A stretch of 64,000 bases of DNA from Akkermansia muciniphila (GCA_945883815.1 CAMCYJ010000007.1:11717-75716); one strand, 5' to 3'; counted from the first letter of the stretch, positions 27,065-39,200 are shown. Translations and numbers: made by a program. The notes: generated by a model not told the origin, from the letters alone.

Positions 27065-29580
27065 GGAATGAAGAGGAACTCGTTGGCGTTGAGGACACCG
27101 CGGCACAAGGCCTGCAATCCCTCGGTACGGACAAAGGCCATCGCCTCGTTCGCCTCGGCAGGCTGCGGAGTCCGGTTGAAGGCCAACTGCCACGCCACCC
27201 GGACCTGGGACTCCGGTTGATCGCCCGCCTCACGCCGAAGGCGGTCGGCAAAAGTCCGGGACTGGTCGAGGATGAATCGACTGTTGAACAGGTTGAGCGC
27301 CTGCAACGGCGTGGTGGAGACGCTGCGCCGGGGCATCACCAGACTGCCATCCGGACAGTCGAACGCACCAAAGATGCCGTCCTGCTCCATACGAACCTTG
27401 AAGGCATACACCATGCGGCGCGTGTCAGCTGGCCCGAACGCTTCCTTGGGGTGGTAGTGATAGACGTTCTCCCGATCCACCTCATGGAGGTAGAAACTGG
27501 GACCTCCGCGGGCGCGGTCCAGATTGCCGCTGACGGCCAGAATACTGTCACGGATCCCCTCGGCCTCGATGCGCCGCGGCGGGAAGCGCCACAGCAATCG
27601 GCTGCCCGCATCCACCGCGAGGGCTTGTGGGCGAGGCAGGCCGGATTGCCGCCAGGTGGCCGAGGACAAGATGCGCCGCTGCAAGTGCTTCAGGCTCCAC
27701 CCATGCTCGATCAGGTCGCTGGCCAACCAATCCAGCAACTCCGGATGCGAGGGCTTGGAGCCGTTCTTGCCGAAATCGTTGGGTGTGTTGACCAACCCCA
27801 CTCCGAACTGATGCTGCCAAACGCGATTGACAATCACCCGGGCGGTCAGCGGGTTGTCCGATCGGGCGATCCAGTCTGCCAAAGCGAGACGACGGTCCCG
27901 CTCGGGGGCGTTGGTGGACAACACCAGGGGTTGGAACAAGGCCAGTGTTCCCGGAGACACGGTTTCCCGTTTCAGGAGCGGATCGCCACGATGCAACCGA
28001 TGGGTTGGCCCCGGTTGCGAGAACGTTCCGGAATACACGGTCGGCGACTTCGCCAGCTCGCCCTTCTGCTTGCGGGCCGATTCGAGTTCTGCCAGCCAAC
28101 GCCGTCCTTGGGCAGCCTCGGAATCGGCGATGCCATCGAAGCGGTACTCCGGTCCGGCAGGCTTCGTGGATTCGCCGGCGAATGGCGTGCGATCCTCGGA
28201 GGAGGCCACCGTCTTCCAGGCACCGGGCTCGGTTGCCAGTTCGATGCGGTACTGGGTCGTCAGTCGATCCTTGAAATTCCCCTCGCGGTCACGCCCCCAG
28301 ACCACACGGTCGATTCGAACGACCTTGGGGAACTCCAATTGCACCCAGCCCTTGCCCGCCTCGCTGGCAATCCACGACCGGGCATTGCCGGGACGCCCAT
28401 CATTCAAGTGCTCCAGCTTGTGGATCTCATACCCGGCCAGACTCCCCGAGGCCGTGGCTTTGGTTCCTGCCGAGGCCAGAGCCACATTGAGATTGCCCGA
28501 CCCAGCCTCGAGCTCATCGATGCACGGTTCGCCACCGCTGGAGGCCAGGATGGTGAAGCGAAGGAATCGCGCTTCGGTTTCCGCAAAGCGGTCTTCATTC
28601 CGGACAGAATTCACGGCCGGGCGAGGGACTTTGCGGGCCGTCGAAGAAGAAGGCACCGCCTTCGGAATGAACACGTCGAGGCGTTTTTCCAAATCGCGGA
28701 TGCGGTCTTCGATCTGCGCCAAGCTCGCGGCCTGTTCCGGTGATGAGGGCAACGGGCGTTCGCCGTGTTGGACGCCAGAGAAGATCGCCGCCATCGAGTA
28801 GTACTCGGTGTGGGTGATGGGATCGAACTTGTGGGTATGGCAGCGCGCACAACCCAAGGTGAGCCCCAGGAAGGAAGTTCCGGTGGTGCCCAGCATGTCG
28901 TCGATCTCGTCGGCCCGTTGCTGAGCGGTCAGCGTGATGTCCGGGCTCTTCACGATGTCCACCGGCCCGCCGACCAGGAACCCCGTGGCCACGTCCACGC
29001 CCAGCGCGTCCCCGGCAATTTGCTCGCGGATGAAGCGGTCGTAGGGCTTGTCGGTGTTGAAGGCGTCAATGACGTAATCGCGGAAGCGCCACGCACTCAA
29101 GCGCTCCCGGTTGGTCTCGAACCCGTTGCTTTCCGCGAAGCGGATGACATCGAGCCAATGCCGTCCCCAGCGTTCTCCGTAGCGGGGATCCTCCAGCACG
29201 CGATCCAACCAGCGCTCCCAGGCTCGGGGCTGCAGGTCGGCCAGGAACGCCGACACCTCTTCCGGAGTCGGCGGCACCCCGAGCATCACCAAGTACAACC
29301 GCCGGATGAGGGTTCCTCGATCGGCCTCGGACGACGGCGTCAACCCGCTCTCGGAGAGGCGGGCTTGAATGAAGGCATCCACCGGATTGGCAGCACCGGC
29401 AGAGATTTTGGCGGCGGGAATCGCCGGTCGGACCACCGGCTGGAAGGCCCAGTGCGAGTCCGCCGACGGCACTTCGGCCGCGCTCAATGCCAGGGACCAC
29501 AGCGAGGCGATCCCCAGCCAGCTCCGGAGTTTTCTTCCTGCTTCACCCACCGGGGTTTTGGATGCCTTCGATGGATTCAT
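27061..29580 (-). CDS. DUF1549/DUF1553 (PSCyt2/PSD1) protein with inserted F5/8 type C-like domain
   Basis: [55 protein letters not shown] and TTPLQAL. Confidence 0.92.
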   Translation of the reverse strand: MNPSKASKTPVGEAGRKLRSWLGIASLWSLALSAAEVPSADSHWAFQPVVRPAIPAAKISAGAANPVDAFIQARLSESGLTPSSEADRGTLIRRLYLVMLGVPPTPEEVSAFLADLQPRAWERWLDRVLEDPRYGERWGRHWLDVIRFAESNGFETNRERLSAWRFRDYVIDAFNTDKPYDRFIREQIAGDALGVDVATGFLVGGPVDIVKSPDITLTAQQRADEIDDMLGTTGTSFLGLTLGCARCHTHKFDPITHTEYYSMAAIFSGVQHGERPLPSSPEQAASLAQIEDRIRDLEKRLDVFIPKAVPSSSTARKVPRPAVNSVRNEDRFAETEARFLRFTILASSGGEPCIDELEAGSGNLNVALASAGTKATASGSLAGYEIHKLEHLNDGRPGNARSWIASEAGKGWVQLEFPKVVRIDRVVWGRDREGNFKDRLTTQYRIELATEPGAWKTVASSEDRTPFAGESTKPAGPEYRFDGIADSEAAQGRRWLAELESARKQKGELAKSPTVYSGTFSQPGPTHRLHRGDPLLKRETVSPGTLALFQPLVLSTNAPERDRRLALADWIARSDNPLTARVIVNRVWQHQFGVGLVNTPNDFGKNGSKPSHPELLDWLASDLIEHGWSLKHLQRRILSSATWRQSGLPRPQALAVDAGSRLLWRFPPRRIEAEGIRDSILAVSGNLDRARGGPSFYLHEVDRENVYHYHPKEAFGPADTRRMVYAFKVRMEQDGIFGAFDCPDGSLVMPRRSVSTTPLQALNLFNSRFILDQSRTFADRLRREAGDQPESQVRVAWQLAFNRTPQPAEANEAMAFVRTEGLQALCRGVLNANEFLFIP

Positions 29581-29587
29581 ACGTTTT

Positions 29588-31750
29588 CTACTCCTTGGTC
29601 TCCGCGGAAACCGCTCGGATGGTCGCGATGCGCCCTTTGGCCATGCGCTTGAGAGTGAGCTTCAGGTCCCCCTTTTCGGCCGCCGCCAGGCGTTCAAAGT
29701 CGGTCACTGTGAACACCGGCTGGTCTTGGACATGGGTGATCAACTCGTAGGGCTTCACACCGGCAACACTGGCACGCCCGCCGGGCTCGATTCGCGAGAC
29801 CACCACCCCCGGTTCGTCGGCCTTGCGCTGGATGTAGCGGCGCACGTCGTAAGTGAGGTTGCGCACCGTGATTCCCAGGCTCTCGGATTTGAACCGTGCA
29901 GCCGACTCGTAATGCGTCGGTCCCGGAACCACCTCGAACTCATGGCTGAGCAGTTTGCCCTCCTCGACAAAGTCGGCTGTGAAACGGGTTCCGAAGCCCA
30001 GATCGGTCAGGGCCCGGGTCAACGGTGTTTCGACCGGCGGCCACGGCGTAAAAATCCGCTCGAAGAATTGATCGCGGATCTCATCCAAGCGCTCCCACGG
30101 GAACCCCTGGGCTCGCGCGAAATCTTCCTCCAGTTGGATCTCGATGGGCACCGGCTGCGATGCGGCCCGCAAGCGCAGCATCACCATGCCTGCCTTGATG
30201 CCCGCCTTGGCCGCAGGTGATTCGGGATGGATGTAGGTGATGAGTCCGCCGGTCTGGCCGTCGCGCGTCTGGTCGGACACCTGGTTGGCACGAGCCAACT
30301 CACGGGTCAGCGGCTGCAGTTCAACTCCGAGCCAAGCCAGTCTATTTTCTTCGGCTTCCGACACCGGCACGTTGGCCGGATCGGCCGTCTCGGGCAGGCG
30401 CCGAACGGCCTCCGCCAACTGGCGCGCGGTCGTCAACTGACGGCGGCCTGCGAAGGGATCGCGGACGCCACCGAGCAGTTCTCGACGGGTCACCGGCAGC
30501 GCGTAGAGAGCGCGATCCATCGTAAAGAGGAAGGTGTCCTTCACCTCCGGGTCGGGCAGCTCAGGAAACGGCTCCATCCGGGCACCCACCCGGACACCGG
30601 CAATCCGGGACTCATGGAAGTAGGACGAGCGAGTTTCGCCCCGCAAATCCACCTCGGCCCGCAACAGCAGTTGCCCCATGCGGTCGGCCGGATGCGTGGT
30701 ATCGATCCGCAACGCATCGCCCAGGGGTTGCTCGGGCTCCATCACTAGGACCCCGAAATCCCGCAGCGAGGCTATGAACTTGGCAGGGACCGGCGGCTTG
30801 CCCTCGCGCTGGATGGACGCACGCTCCAACCGCGCAGTGATACCGCTCTTGAGCGCCGCCAACACCGCCACACGCCCTCCGGGCAGGAGTACGCCCAACT
30901 CATTGCGCTCGGTGGCCGATTCGTCCGATTCCTCATCGCCGCGATTGCGCCCTCGCATCGGGTTTTGGCCCGGGGTCACCTTGGGACTACGAAAACTCAA
31001 GCGGACGCGCACCAGAGCCTGCGCGGTCAAAGCCTCCAACTCCTTCAACTGGGCGGCAAAGGCGGTAGCGTCGATCATCTTCCAAGCGAGCGGATTGCCG
31101 CGCCACCGATTGTCGGCGTCGAGCCGGTGGTTCATCACCAGTCCCAACGGATGCCCCCGGGCGCTCAGTGCCACTCCCTGATGCTCCAACACCCTCAGCG
31201 CCTTGCCGGACTCGGTCTCGAGGTACTGCCCACCCCACGGAAGCGCCACGCGGACCATTTGTCCGTCTTGGCGGTAATAGCTGACCAAAGCAGCCGGTGC
31301 CTCGGTGGCCTTGGCCGGGAATTCGATGGGCTGGGCTCCGGTGATCGGCTGGTCGAGGGTCAGGACAAAGGCCCATTGATCCACGCCGTAAGCGGTGATG
31401 CGGGCAGTGGATCGATGAGCTCCCTGCCGAACAACGATGGTCTTGATGAATCGCGGATGCACACAGGGATCCATCGCCACCACGGTCGTGGGACCCACCA
31501 GAAAACCCGTGGTTTCCAGAGGACGCTCCTCGGCCACCAAGTCGGCCAAGCTGTTGGACCGAGGCCCGGTGGAACGGGGGTCCTGATCGAGAATACCGTG
31601 CGGGGCATCACCCCGGTCGAACTGCAGGGTGAATTCCACCTGCAGTAAACCCGGCGAAACCACGGCGATCCAGCGGGCAGGATCTTTGCTCGACGGGGCC
31701 GCTGCCAGAGGCAGGGCTAACGCCATTAGGAGCAACAGGAGTCGTGTCAT
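29588..31750 (-). CDS. Secreted protein with two C-terminal PDZ domains (HtrA/DegP-like architecture, no protease motifs)
   Basis: Signal peptide; LAWLGVELQPLT...SPAAKAGIKAG and SLGITVRNLT...GGRASVAGVKPYELI PDZ signatures. Confidence 0.75.
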   Translation of the reverse strand: MTRLLLLLMALALPLAAAPSSKDPARWIAVVSPGLLQVEFTLQFDRGDAPHGILDQDPRSTGPRSNSLADLVAEERPLETTGFLVGPTTVVAMDPCVHPRFIKTIVVRQGAHRSTARITAYGVDQWAFVLTLDQPITGAQPIEFPAKATEAPAALVSYYRQDGQMVRVALPWGGQYLETESGKALRVLEHQGVALSARGHPLGLVMNHRLDADNRWRGNPLAWKMIDATAFAAQLKELEALTAQALVRVRLSFRSPKVTPGQNPMRGRNRGDEESDESATERNELGVLLPGGRVAVLAALKSGITARLERASIQREGKPPVPAKFIASLRDFGVLVMEPEQPLGDALRIDTTHPADRMGQLLLRAEVDLRGETRSSYFHESRIAGVRVGARMEPFPELPDPEVKDTFLFTMDRALYALPVTRRELLGGVRDPFAGRRQLTTARQLAEAVRRLPETADPANVPVSEAEENRLAWLGVELQPLTRELARANQVSDQTRDGQTGGLITYIHPESPAAKAGIKAGMVMLRLRAASQPVPIEIQLEEDFARAQGFPWERLDEIRDQFFERIFTPWPPVETPLTRALTDLGFGTRFTADFVEEGKLLSHEFEVVPGPTHYESAARFKSESLGITVRNLTYDVRRYIQRKADEPGVVVSRIEPGGRASVAGVKPYELITHVQDQPVFTVTDFERLAAAEKGDLKLTLKRMAKGRIATIRAVSAETKE

Positions 31751-31854
31751 GTGGCATTAAATTATGCCACATTTCCCCAACCTCCAACGCCCAACTTTGC
31801 TTCTCGCACGGATCGATACGAGAAGGCGCCCACAGGCCTTCCACACGGCCTGCG

Positions 31855-33093
31855 CTACCAACTCAACGCCTGCAAGCGACGGGAAACCTCCTCGGCATTG
31901 GACCGGCTATTGAAGGCGCTGACGCGGAACCATCCCTCGCCATTGCTGCCGAAACCGCTTCCCGGAGTGATCACCACATTGGCTTCGTTGAGAATGCGAT
32001 CGAAGGCCTGCCAACTGGTGTGACCCTTGGGCGCATCCACCCAGATGTACGGCGCATTGACGCCACCGAACACGCGATGACCGGCCGCCTGGGCTCCGGC
32101 GACGAGGATCTTGGCGTTGCCCATGTAATGTTCAACCAGAGCGGCCACCTGGGCCTTGCCTTCCGGCGAGTACAAGGCTTCGGCCGCGCGCTGCACGAGG
32201 TACGACACACCATTGAACTTGGTGGTCATGCGCCGAGACCACAGCGGGTGCAAGGGCTTGAACTCGCCCGAGGCCGTCGAGGCCAGAAGCGTCTTGGGGA
32301 CCACCGTGAAGGCGCATCGAACGCCGGTGAATCCGCCGTTCTTGGAGAAGCTGCGGAACTCGATGGCGCATTCGCGGGCTCCCGGGATCTCGTAAATGGA
32401 ATGCGGGATCGTCGGGTCGCTGATGTAGGCCTCATAGGCCGCGTCGAAGAGAATGATCGAGCGGTTGGCCAGCGCGTACTTCACCCAGGCTTCCAACTGA
32501 GCCCGCGAGGCCGTGGCCCCGGTGGGGTTGTTCGGCGAGCACAAGTAAATGACGTCCACGCGCTCCTTCGGCGGCTCCGGGATGAACCCGTTCTGGGCGG
32601 TGCACGGCAAGTAGGTGATGCCCGCGTAGGCACCCGAGGCATCGGCCTCGCCCGTGTGGCCGGCCATGACGTTGGTGTCCACATAGACCGGGTACACCGG
32701 ATCGGTGATGGCCATGCGGTTGGAGGATCCCATGATGTCGAGAATCGCCCCGCAATCGCACTTGGAACCATCGCTCACGAAGATCTCGTCATCGGCCACC
32801 TCAAGCCCGCGAGCCCGGAAATCATTCTGGGCGATGGCCGCCCGCAGCCACTCGTAGCCCTGCTCGGGGCCGTAGCCCTTGAAGGTGCTCCGCACGGCCA
32901 TTTCGTCGACGGCCTTGTGCAGCGCTGCCACCACGGCCGCAGGCAACGGCTCGGTGACGTCGCCAATGCCGCACCGGATCAACCGCGCGGCCGCCGCCGG
33001 GTTGGCGTCATTGAACGCCTTCACGCGCCGTCCGATTTCCGGAAACAGATAACCCGCCTTGAGCTTGAGATAATTGTCGTTGAGCGAAGCCAT
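31855..33093 (-). CDS. dapL: LL-diaminopimelate aminotransferase
   Basis: [53 protein letters not shown] and PGSGFG. Confidence 0.96.
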   Translation of the reverse strand: MASLNDNYLKLKAGYLFPEIGRRVKAFNDANPAAAARLIRCGIGDVTEPLPAAVVAALHKAVDEMAVRSTFKGYGPEQGYEWLRAAIAQNDFRARGLEVADDEIFVSDGSKCDCGAILDIMGSSNRMAITDPVYPVYVDTNVMAGHTGEADASGAYAGITYLPCTAQNGFIPEPPKERVDVIYLCSPNNPTGATASRAQLEAWVKYALANRSIILFDAAYEAYISDPTIPHSIYEIPGARECAIEFRSFSKNGGFTGVRCAFTVVPKTLLASTASGEFKPLHPLWSRRMTTKFNGVSYLVQRAAEALYSPEGKAQVAALVEHYMGNAKILVAGAQAAGHRVFGGVNAPYIWVDAPKGHTSWQAFDRILNEANVVITPGSGFGSNGEGWFRVSAFNSRSNAEEVSRRLQALSW

Positions 33094-33431
33094 GGTGATA
33101 AGCCGGGCCAAGCCCGGAAAGACGCGGACATTAGAGAATGCCCGCGGCCGGGTGCAAGGATTCGGCGGCCGGAAGGCTGGGCACCGCGGGAGCCGGAACC
33201 CATGGCCCGTTCAACACCAAGACTGAGCAGCTCAGGAGACGAAAGCTGTCCGAAGACGATCCTGCAGGTATGGCTTCAGGATGGAATTGCAGACTCGGGA
33301 TCGGATGAGCCGGATGACCGTTCTACGACTCATCGTATTTTGGTAAACACCATTTTACGATTTATCGTATTTTGGTCATCTCGAAAACAGGGGGTGCAAC
33401 GACCACGGCCCTTCCCCGCCGTGCCCGACCA

Positions 33432-34724
33432 TCATCGCCACTCGGTGCCGCCAGGGAACTCGTAGCGGGCAAGGGTCTCGGCGTGCATCTCGGTGCTGTA
33501 GCCCGCTTTCTCTGGGGCCAGGTAGCGGCCAGCGCGGATGCGGCAGGGATCGGTGAAGTGCTCGTGCAAGTGGTCCACGAACTCGCACACCCGTCCATCC
33601 CAGCTGCCGCTGACCGAGGTAAAATCGATCATGCTCATGTGCTGAACAAACTCGCACAACCCGACGCCACCGGCATGCGGGCACACCGGCACGCCGAACT
33701 TCGCAGCCAGGAGCAGCACCGCGAGATTCTCGTTCACGCCACCCAGACGGCAGGAATCGATTTGGCAGAACGAGATGGCTCGGGCCTGCAACAACTGCTT
33801 GAAGAGGATCCGGTTCATCCCGTGCTCGCCGGTGGCGACACCGATGCCCAACGGCTCCATGGCCCGCGCAATGGCGGCATGGCCGAGGACGTCGTCCGGC
33901 GAAGTCGGTTCCTCGATCCACCAGGGCTTGAACGGGGCCAGTGACTGCATCCACTCGATGGCTTGCGGCACGTCCCAGACCTGATTGGCATCCACCATCA
34001 GCTTGCGATCCCAACCGATCTCCTCGCGGATGATGCCCAGGCGGCGGATGTCGTCCTGCAAATCGCGACCCACCTTCACCTTGATGTGGTTCCACCCCTC
34101 GGCTACCGCCTCGCGGCACAGGCGGCGGATCTTGTCATCGGGGTAGCCCAGCCATCCGGCGCTGGTGGTGTAGGCCGGGTAGCCCTCGCGCTCCAGACGG
34201 GCGATGCGCTCGGCCTTGCCCGGTTCGGCGCGGCGCAACAACTCGAGGGCCTCCTGCGGCGTCAGGGCGTCGGTCAGGTAGCGGAAATCCACACTGGCCA
34301 CGAATTGCTCGGGCGTGAACTCGCTCACCAGTTTCCAGACCGGCTTGCCAGCATGACGGGCGTACAAATCCCAAAGGGCGTTGACGATCGCCGCCAGCGC
34401 CAGGTGGATGACGCCCTTGTCGGGGCCGATCCAGCGCAGTTGCGAGTCGCCAGTCAAACGCCGCCAAACCGCACCGGGCGCCGCGCGGAACTCTTCGAGC
34501 GTGAGCCCCACCACGAGATGTTCATGGGCCATGACCGCGGCGCAAACCACGTCATTACCGCGGCCGATGGTGAAGGTGGACCCGTAGCCCTTCCATTCGG
34601 TGTCCGTGTGCAAGATCACATAGGCCGAGGAATAATCCGGATCCGGATTCATCGCATCCGATCCGTCCAAGCCTTTGGACGTTGGAAAGCGAATATCGCG
34701 AACTTCAAGTCGGGTGATGCGCAT
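33432..34724 (-). CDS. L-fuconate dehydratase (enolase superfamily, ENOSF1/FucD-like)
   Basis: [55 protein letters not shown] and VDHLHEHF. Confidence 0.93.
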   Translation of the reverse strand: MRITRLEVRDIRFPTSKGLDGSDAMNPDPDYSSAYVILHTDTEWKGYGSTFTIGRGNDVVCAAVMAHEHLVVGLTLEEFRAAPGAVWRRLTGDSQLRWIGPDKGVIHLALAAIVNALWDLYARHAGKPVWKLVSEFTPEQFVASVDFRYLTDALTPQEALELLRRAEPGKAERIARLEREGYPAYTTSAGWLGYPDDKIRRLCREAVAEGWNHIKVKVGRDLQDDIRRLGIIREEIGWDRKLMVDANQVWDVPQAIEWMQSLAPFKPWWIEEPTSPDDVLGHAAIARAMEPLGIGVATGEHGMNRILFKQLLQARAISFCQIDSCRLGGVNENLAVLLLAAKFGVPVCPHAGGVGLCEFVQHMSMIDFTSVSGSWDGRVCEFVDHLHEHFTDPCRIRAGRYLAPEKAGYSTEMHAETLARYEFPGGTEWR

Positions 34725-34887
34725 GAGTCCCGGAATCATGACCCGATGCCCGGCCGACGCCAAGAACCCAGACGGCGCCCCGGATCCATGCGTCTAAAAT
34801 GGCTCGGAAACGATTCAACCCATGCAGGCAGCCGAATCCCCGGGTTCCAATCGGATTTACGGCAACACCCTTCTTACGCGCCGCCAC

Positions 34888-35352
34888 TCAGTGTGTACCA
34901 CCGCCCGGGCGGGTGTTTTTCTTCCAGGGCATGTCGGGGAACTTTTCGGGCAGCTTGAAGGCCTGGGCCTTGGGTTGGGCCATGCGGAGTTCGGAGTCTT
35001 CTTCCTCGGCTGGCTTCGTTCCAGGAGCAGCCATGTTGCCCTTCCAGGAGGAAATGCGGGCCTGAAGTCCGTGCTTTTCGGCGGTCTGCTTGTCGCCGGA
35101 CTTCATGTAGAAGAGCGAGAGGTTGGTGTGCACCAATTGCTCGTTGGGTTTGAGCTTCTCGGCGCGATGCCCCTCGGAGATGGCCGTGGGGTAGTCGCCC
35201 AACCGGTAATGGCACATGGCCAAGCCCAGACGTGCATCGAAGTGGTCGGAATCTTCCGCCAAGATCCCCTGGAATTTCGAAATGGCGACCGCGTACTCGC
35301 CGGTCGAGTAGTCGAACATGGCATCATCAAACTGGTCTTGGTGGCTGGACAT
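34888..35352 (-). CDS. Small TPR-repeat protein
   Basis: FDDAMFDYSTGEYAVAI...ARLGLAMCHYRLGDY...VHTNLSLFY TPR pattern. Confidence 0.8.
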   Translation of the reverse strand: MSSHQDQFDDAMFDYSTGEYAVAISKFQGILAEDSDHFDARLGLAMCHYRLGDYPTAISEGHRAEKLKPNEQLVHTNLSLFYMKSGDKQTAEKHGLQARISSWKGNMAAPGTKPAEEEDSELRMAQPKAQAFKLPEKFPDMPWKKNTRPGGGTH

Positions 35353-35451
35353 AGAGTCGTTCGCCCTCACTGGTAGCCTCCCGAAGCATTCACCACAACT
35401 GCGGACCCGACCTTGCCCGACGCGACCGGCCACCCCAGTCTTCGCTCGCGC

Positions 35452-36228
35452 ATGAGCCACGGTGCCTCCCTCCGACTGCTGTCGACCGACTTCGACGGCA
35501 CCATCCACGACGACTTCGGTGATCCGAAGATCCCCTATGCACTTCAGGAGCGCATCGCCGCTTTCCAAGCCCGCGGTGGTCACTGGGTCATCAACACGGG
35601 GCGCGACATGTCCAGCCTGATGGAAACCCTGGGCCGCGCCCGAGTATCAATCCAGCCCGACTACCTGATCCTCGTCGAGCGGGAGATCTTCGAGCGAAAA
35701 CACGACCGATTCCTCCCGGTGGAGCCATGGAACAGTCGTTGCACCCAAGACCACGCACGCCTGTTCGAGTCGGCGGCGGCCGAGCTCGAACAGCAAATCC
35801 AATCGCTGTCGGCACGCCATGAGGCGACCTTCTATGCCGACCCCTTCTCGCCCTTGTGCGCCATCGCCAAGTCGAACCTTCAAATGGACGAGATCCACGC
35901 CGAGTTGGACACCTTCTGCGAACGCCACCCCAATATGGTCGCCGTTCGCAACGACATCTACGTGCGCATGAGCCACCGGGGCTACAGCAAGGGCACCGCC
36001 CTTTCGGAGCTAGGCCGTATTCTAGGCGTCGGGCCCGAAGCACGGGTGGCCGCCGGCGATCATCTCAATGACCTGTCCATGCTGCGCCGCGAACACGCCC
36101 ACCATTTGATCTCGCCCTCCAATGCACTGGCTGCGGTGCAAATGCAGGTCCGGGCAGAAGGCGGATGGATCGCGAGCAAGACCGCCGGCAACGGAACCCT
36201 GGAAGGCCTGCTCCGCCTCGGGCTCTGA
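35452..36228 (+). CDS. HAD-superfamily hydrolase (subfamily IIB-like)
   Basis: STDFDGT motif I, NTGR, SKGTAL and GDHLNDLSM motif IV. Confidence 0.9.
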   Translation: MSHGASLRLLSTDFDGTIHDDFGDPKIPYALQERIAAFQARGGHWVINTGRDMSSLMETLGRARVSIQPDYLILVEREIFERKHDRFLPVEPWNSRCTQDHARLFESAAAELEQQIQSLSARHEATFYADPFSPLCAIAKSNLQMDEIHAELDTFCERHPNMVAVRNDIYVRMSHRGYSKGTALSELGRILGVGPEARVAAGDHLNDLSMLRREHAHHLISPSNALAAVQMQVRAEGGWIASKTAGNGTLEGLLRLGL

Positions 36229-36253
36229 ACTCGGTTCGATTCCCTCCAGTCCC

Positions 36254-39200
36254 GTGTCGACCTTGCAACTGACCGAAGCCTTTTTCGCCAAGGCCGCCGG
36301 CTGGGAAGTCATGAAACACGCCCGGGCTTTGCTCGCCTCGGGCAAGGTGCTGTCCTCGAACTGGACCCCGCCGCTGCTGAAAGGCGTGGTCATGTCCGAT
36401 GCCAACTCGCTGCGAGCCGGACTGGTCATCCAGCACGAACTGGACATCGAGAACATTTGCCCGTGCCGGCAATCGCGAGAATGGGGAACGTTGTGCGCCC
36501 ATTCGGTGGCCGTCGGACTGCACCACTTGAAGCCGGCCATACCTGCAACCACCGGCTCCGAACCGGCCCCGATGGGACCGAGGCTGAGCTCGTCGGCGAC
36601 GGCTTCAGGGAGCCCGTCCAACACCAGTCGATCGCCCGGCCCCGGATCCAAGCCCCCGCTTTCCAACAAAGACCCCGTCCGACTGCGCCGATCCGGGACC
36701 GGCAAACCACTGGAGATCCAAGTCATCTTCCCGCCCAACCTTGCCGACGCGATGGCCCGCGACCGGGTGATGGTGATGTTCGAGGGAGTCACCGCCAACA
36801 GCCGGGCCCCGCTGAACGCCCTCATTCAGTCGGGACCGTTTCGATTGTCCGAAGCCGACACGCGACTGCTCGATGCGGCCGAGCTGGCCGCCGGCGGGGA
36901 TACTCCGGGCATGATCCAGCTCAGCGGAGCCGCCCTCGTGCCGCTGTTGCGGGCCATGTCCGGTCACGCCCAGCTCACCCTCGGACGCAAGACCGAGCTG
37001 ACGGTCTTGCGAGAGCCCGCACCTCTGCCCCTCCGCGCACAACTCGAAGGCAATGGCGAAATCAGCCTGAGCCTGAAGAGTCCGGCCCGAGGGGCGGCGC
37101 TGCTCAGCGGCCCCGATGAAACCTGGCTGCTCACCGGCCAGACACTCCAGCCCTTGGGCCTGTCCCCCGCCCTGCGGGGTGTGCTGCAGTCCCCCCAACG
37201 GGTACCTCGATCGGATGTCCCCCGCTTTCTCTCCCAAGACTGGCCCAAACTCTCCGGAACTCCGGGCCTTGAGGCGGATTTCAGCCCGGAAGACTTCGTG
37301 CTCGAACCGGCCCCACCGAAGTTCCTACTCCAGTTGACCGGTGGGCTGGCCATGCTGACGGCCGTGCTGCAATGCCGCTACGGCGCGCGCATCATGACCG
37401 TGGGCGTCACCGCGCGCGATGAGGCCGCCTGGATGCCCGACCCTGCCCACGTGCGACGCTACACGGCCCGGGACCTATCCGCCGAGCACACGGCCTTCAT
37501 GCGCCTCCGGCAGGCCGGCTTCTCGGGCCCCGATTCCCAAGGGCGCTGGCAGCTCAACGGTCAGGAACGCGTGCTGGCCTATTTTTCGCGCCTTCACCCG
37601 CGACTGGAACGCGAGTGGGAGGTATCGCTGGAGGAACGTCTGGAGACGAGCACCCGCAAGAACTTGGTGCGCGTGGAACCCCGGTTCCAAATCACCCCCT
37701 CGGGCGAGCGTTGGTTCGACCTCGAGGTCTCTTACGTGGCTGAAGACGGCGAGCGCTTCAGTGCCGCCGACATCCAGCGATTGGTGCTCGGCGGGGGCCA
37801 GGGCAAATCCCGCTCCGGAAAGACCATCCTCATCGACACCGGCGCGGTGGAAGAGTTGCAGGAAGTGCTGCTCGACTGCTCGCCCGACCAACGAGACGGA
37901 CGCTACCGGATGGGATCCGCTCAAGCCGGATTCCTCGACGCATCGCTGCGGGAACAGGGGCACGCGGTCCAAGCACCCGCGGCCTGGCGAGATCGGGTCG
38001 CCCAACAAACCGGCACGGCAACTCAAACTTGTCCACCGCTCGGGGCGCTCGAGTCGGTCTTGCGCCCGTACCAGAAACACGGCGTGGCGTGGATTCGCTT
38101 TCTGCGTGACCACGGCTTCGGAGGCATTTTGGCCGATGAAATGGGTCTGGGTAAAACCCTTCAGGTGCTGGCCCATTGCGCCTCACTCAATGCGGCGGCG
38201 GGAGCACAACCCCTTCCCCCCACGCTAATCGTTTGCCCGACTTCATTGGTCACCAACTGGGCCGCCGAGGCCGCGCGCTTTGCCCCAAAGCTTCGGGTGC
38301 TGGTGCTGTCCGGGCCGCAACGCCACAAGCTCTTTGCGCAAATCCCCGCTCACGATCTGGTGATCACCAGCTACGCGCTGCTGCGGCGCGACATCGAGCA
38401 GCACCGGGCTCACGTCTTCGATACGGCGGTGCTCGACGAGGCGCAGCACATCAAGAACCGCAGCACCCAAAACGCCAAGGCCGTGAAGGCTATCCCGGCA
38501 GAACACCGACTGGTGCTGACCGGCACTCCGCTGGAAAACTCGGTCCTCGATCTCTGGAGCCTCTTCGACTTCCTCATGCCCAGCTACCTGGGCAGCTCTG
38601 ACGATTTCCGCGACCGGTACGAGATCCCCATCACTAAGGAACGCGACAAGGGTGCGATGGCCCGTCTCGGCAAGCGCATCCGGCCCTTCCTGCTGCGCCG
38701 TCTCAAAAAAGACGTGCTGCAAGAACTGCCCGCAAAGCTGGAGCACGTCTCCTACTGCGACCTCACGCCGGCCCAGTCCAAGGTGTATGCGCAGGTCTTG
38801 GCGGCGACCCGCAAGCAAGTCGACACGGCCGTCGAGGCCAACGGGCTAGCCAAGAGCCGCATGGTGATCCTCACAGCGCTGCTGCGCCTGCGGCAGATTT
38901 GCTGCGACCTGCGCCTGCTGGATACCGAAGGAGCCAACGGGGCACCCGCCGAAACCGAAGCAGCGCCGGACGACTCCGGCAAACTGCAACTCTTCGGTGA
39001 ACTGCTCGACCAGAGCCTCGACGGCGGGCACCGCTTGCTCGTGTTCAGCCAGTTCACGCGGATGCTCGGACTGTTGAAAGACGAGCTGAAGCGCCGCGAG
39101 GTCGAGTTTTGCTATCTGGACGGTTCAACCCAAGACCGCGCCGGCGAAGTCGCAAAATTCCAGTCTCCGTCGGGCCCTCCGGTGTTCCTGATTTCGCTCA

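Noticed and set aside
31752-31767. Sigma-54-like TGGCAT...TGC inside the palindrome at the PDZ gene start
   Set aside because: The GG-GC spacing is one base too long on both strands.
33112-33330. Lysine riboswitch upstream of dapL, or a hammerhead-like CTGAG...GAAA motif
   Set aside because: No L-box consensus was recognisable on the minus strand, and the hammerhead core CUGANGA is not satisfied.
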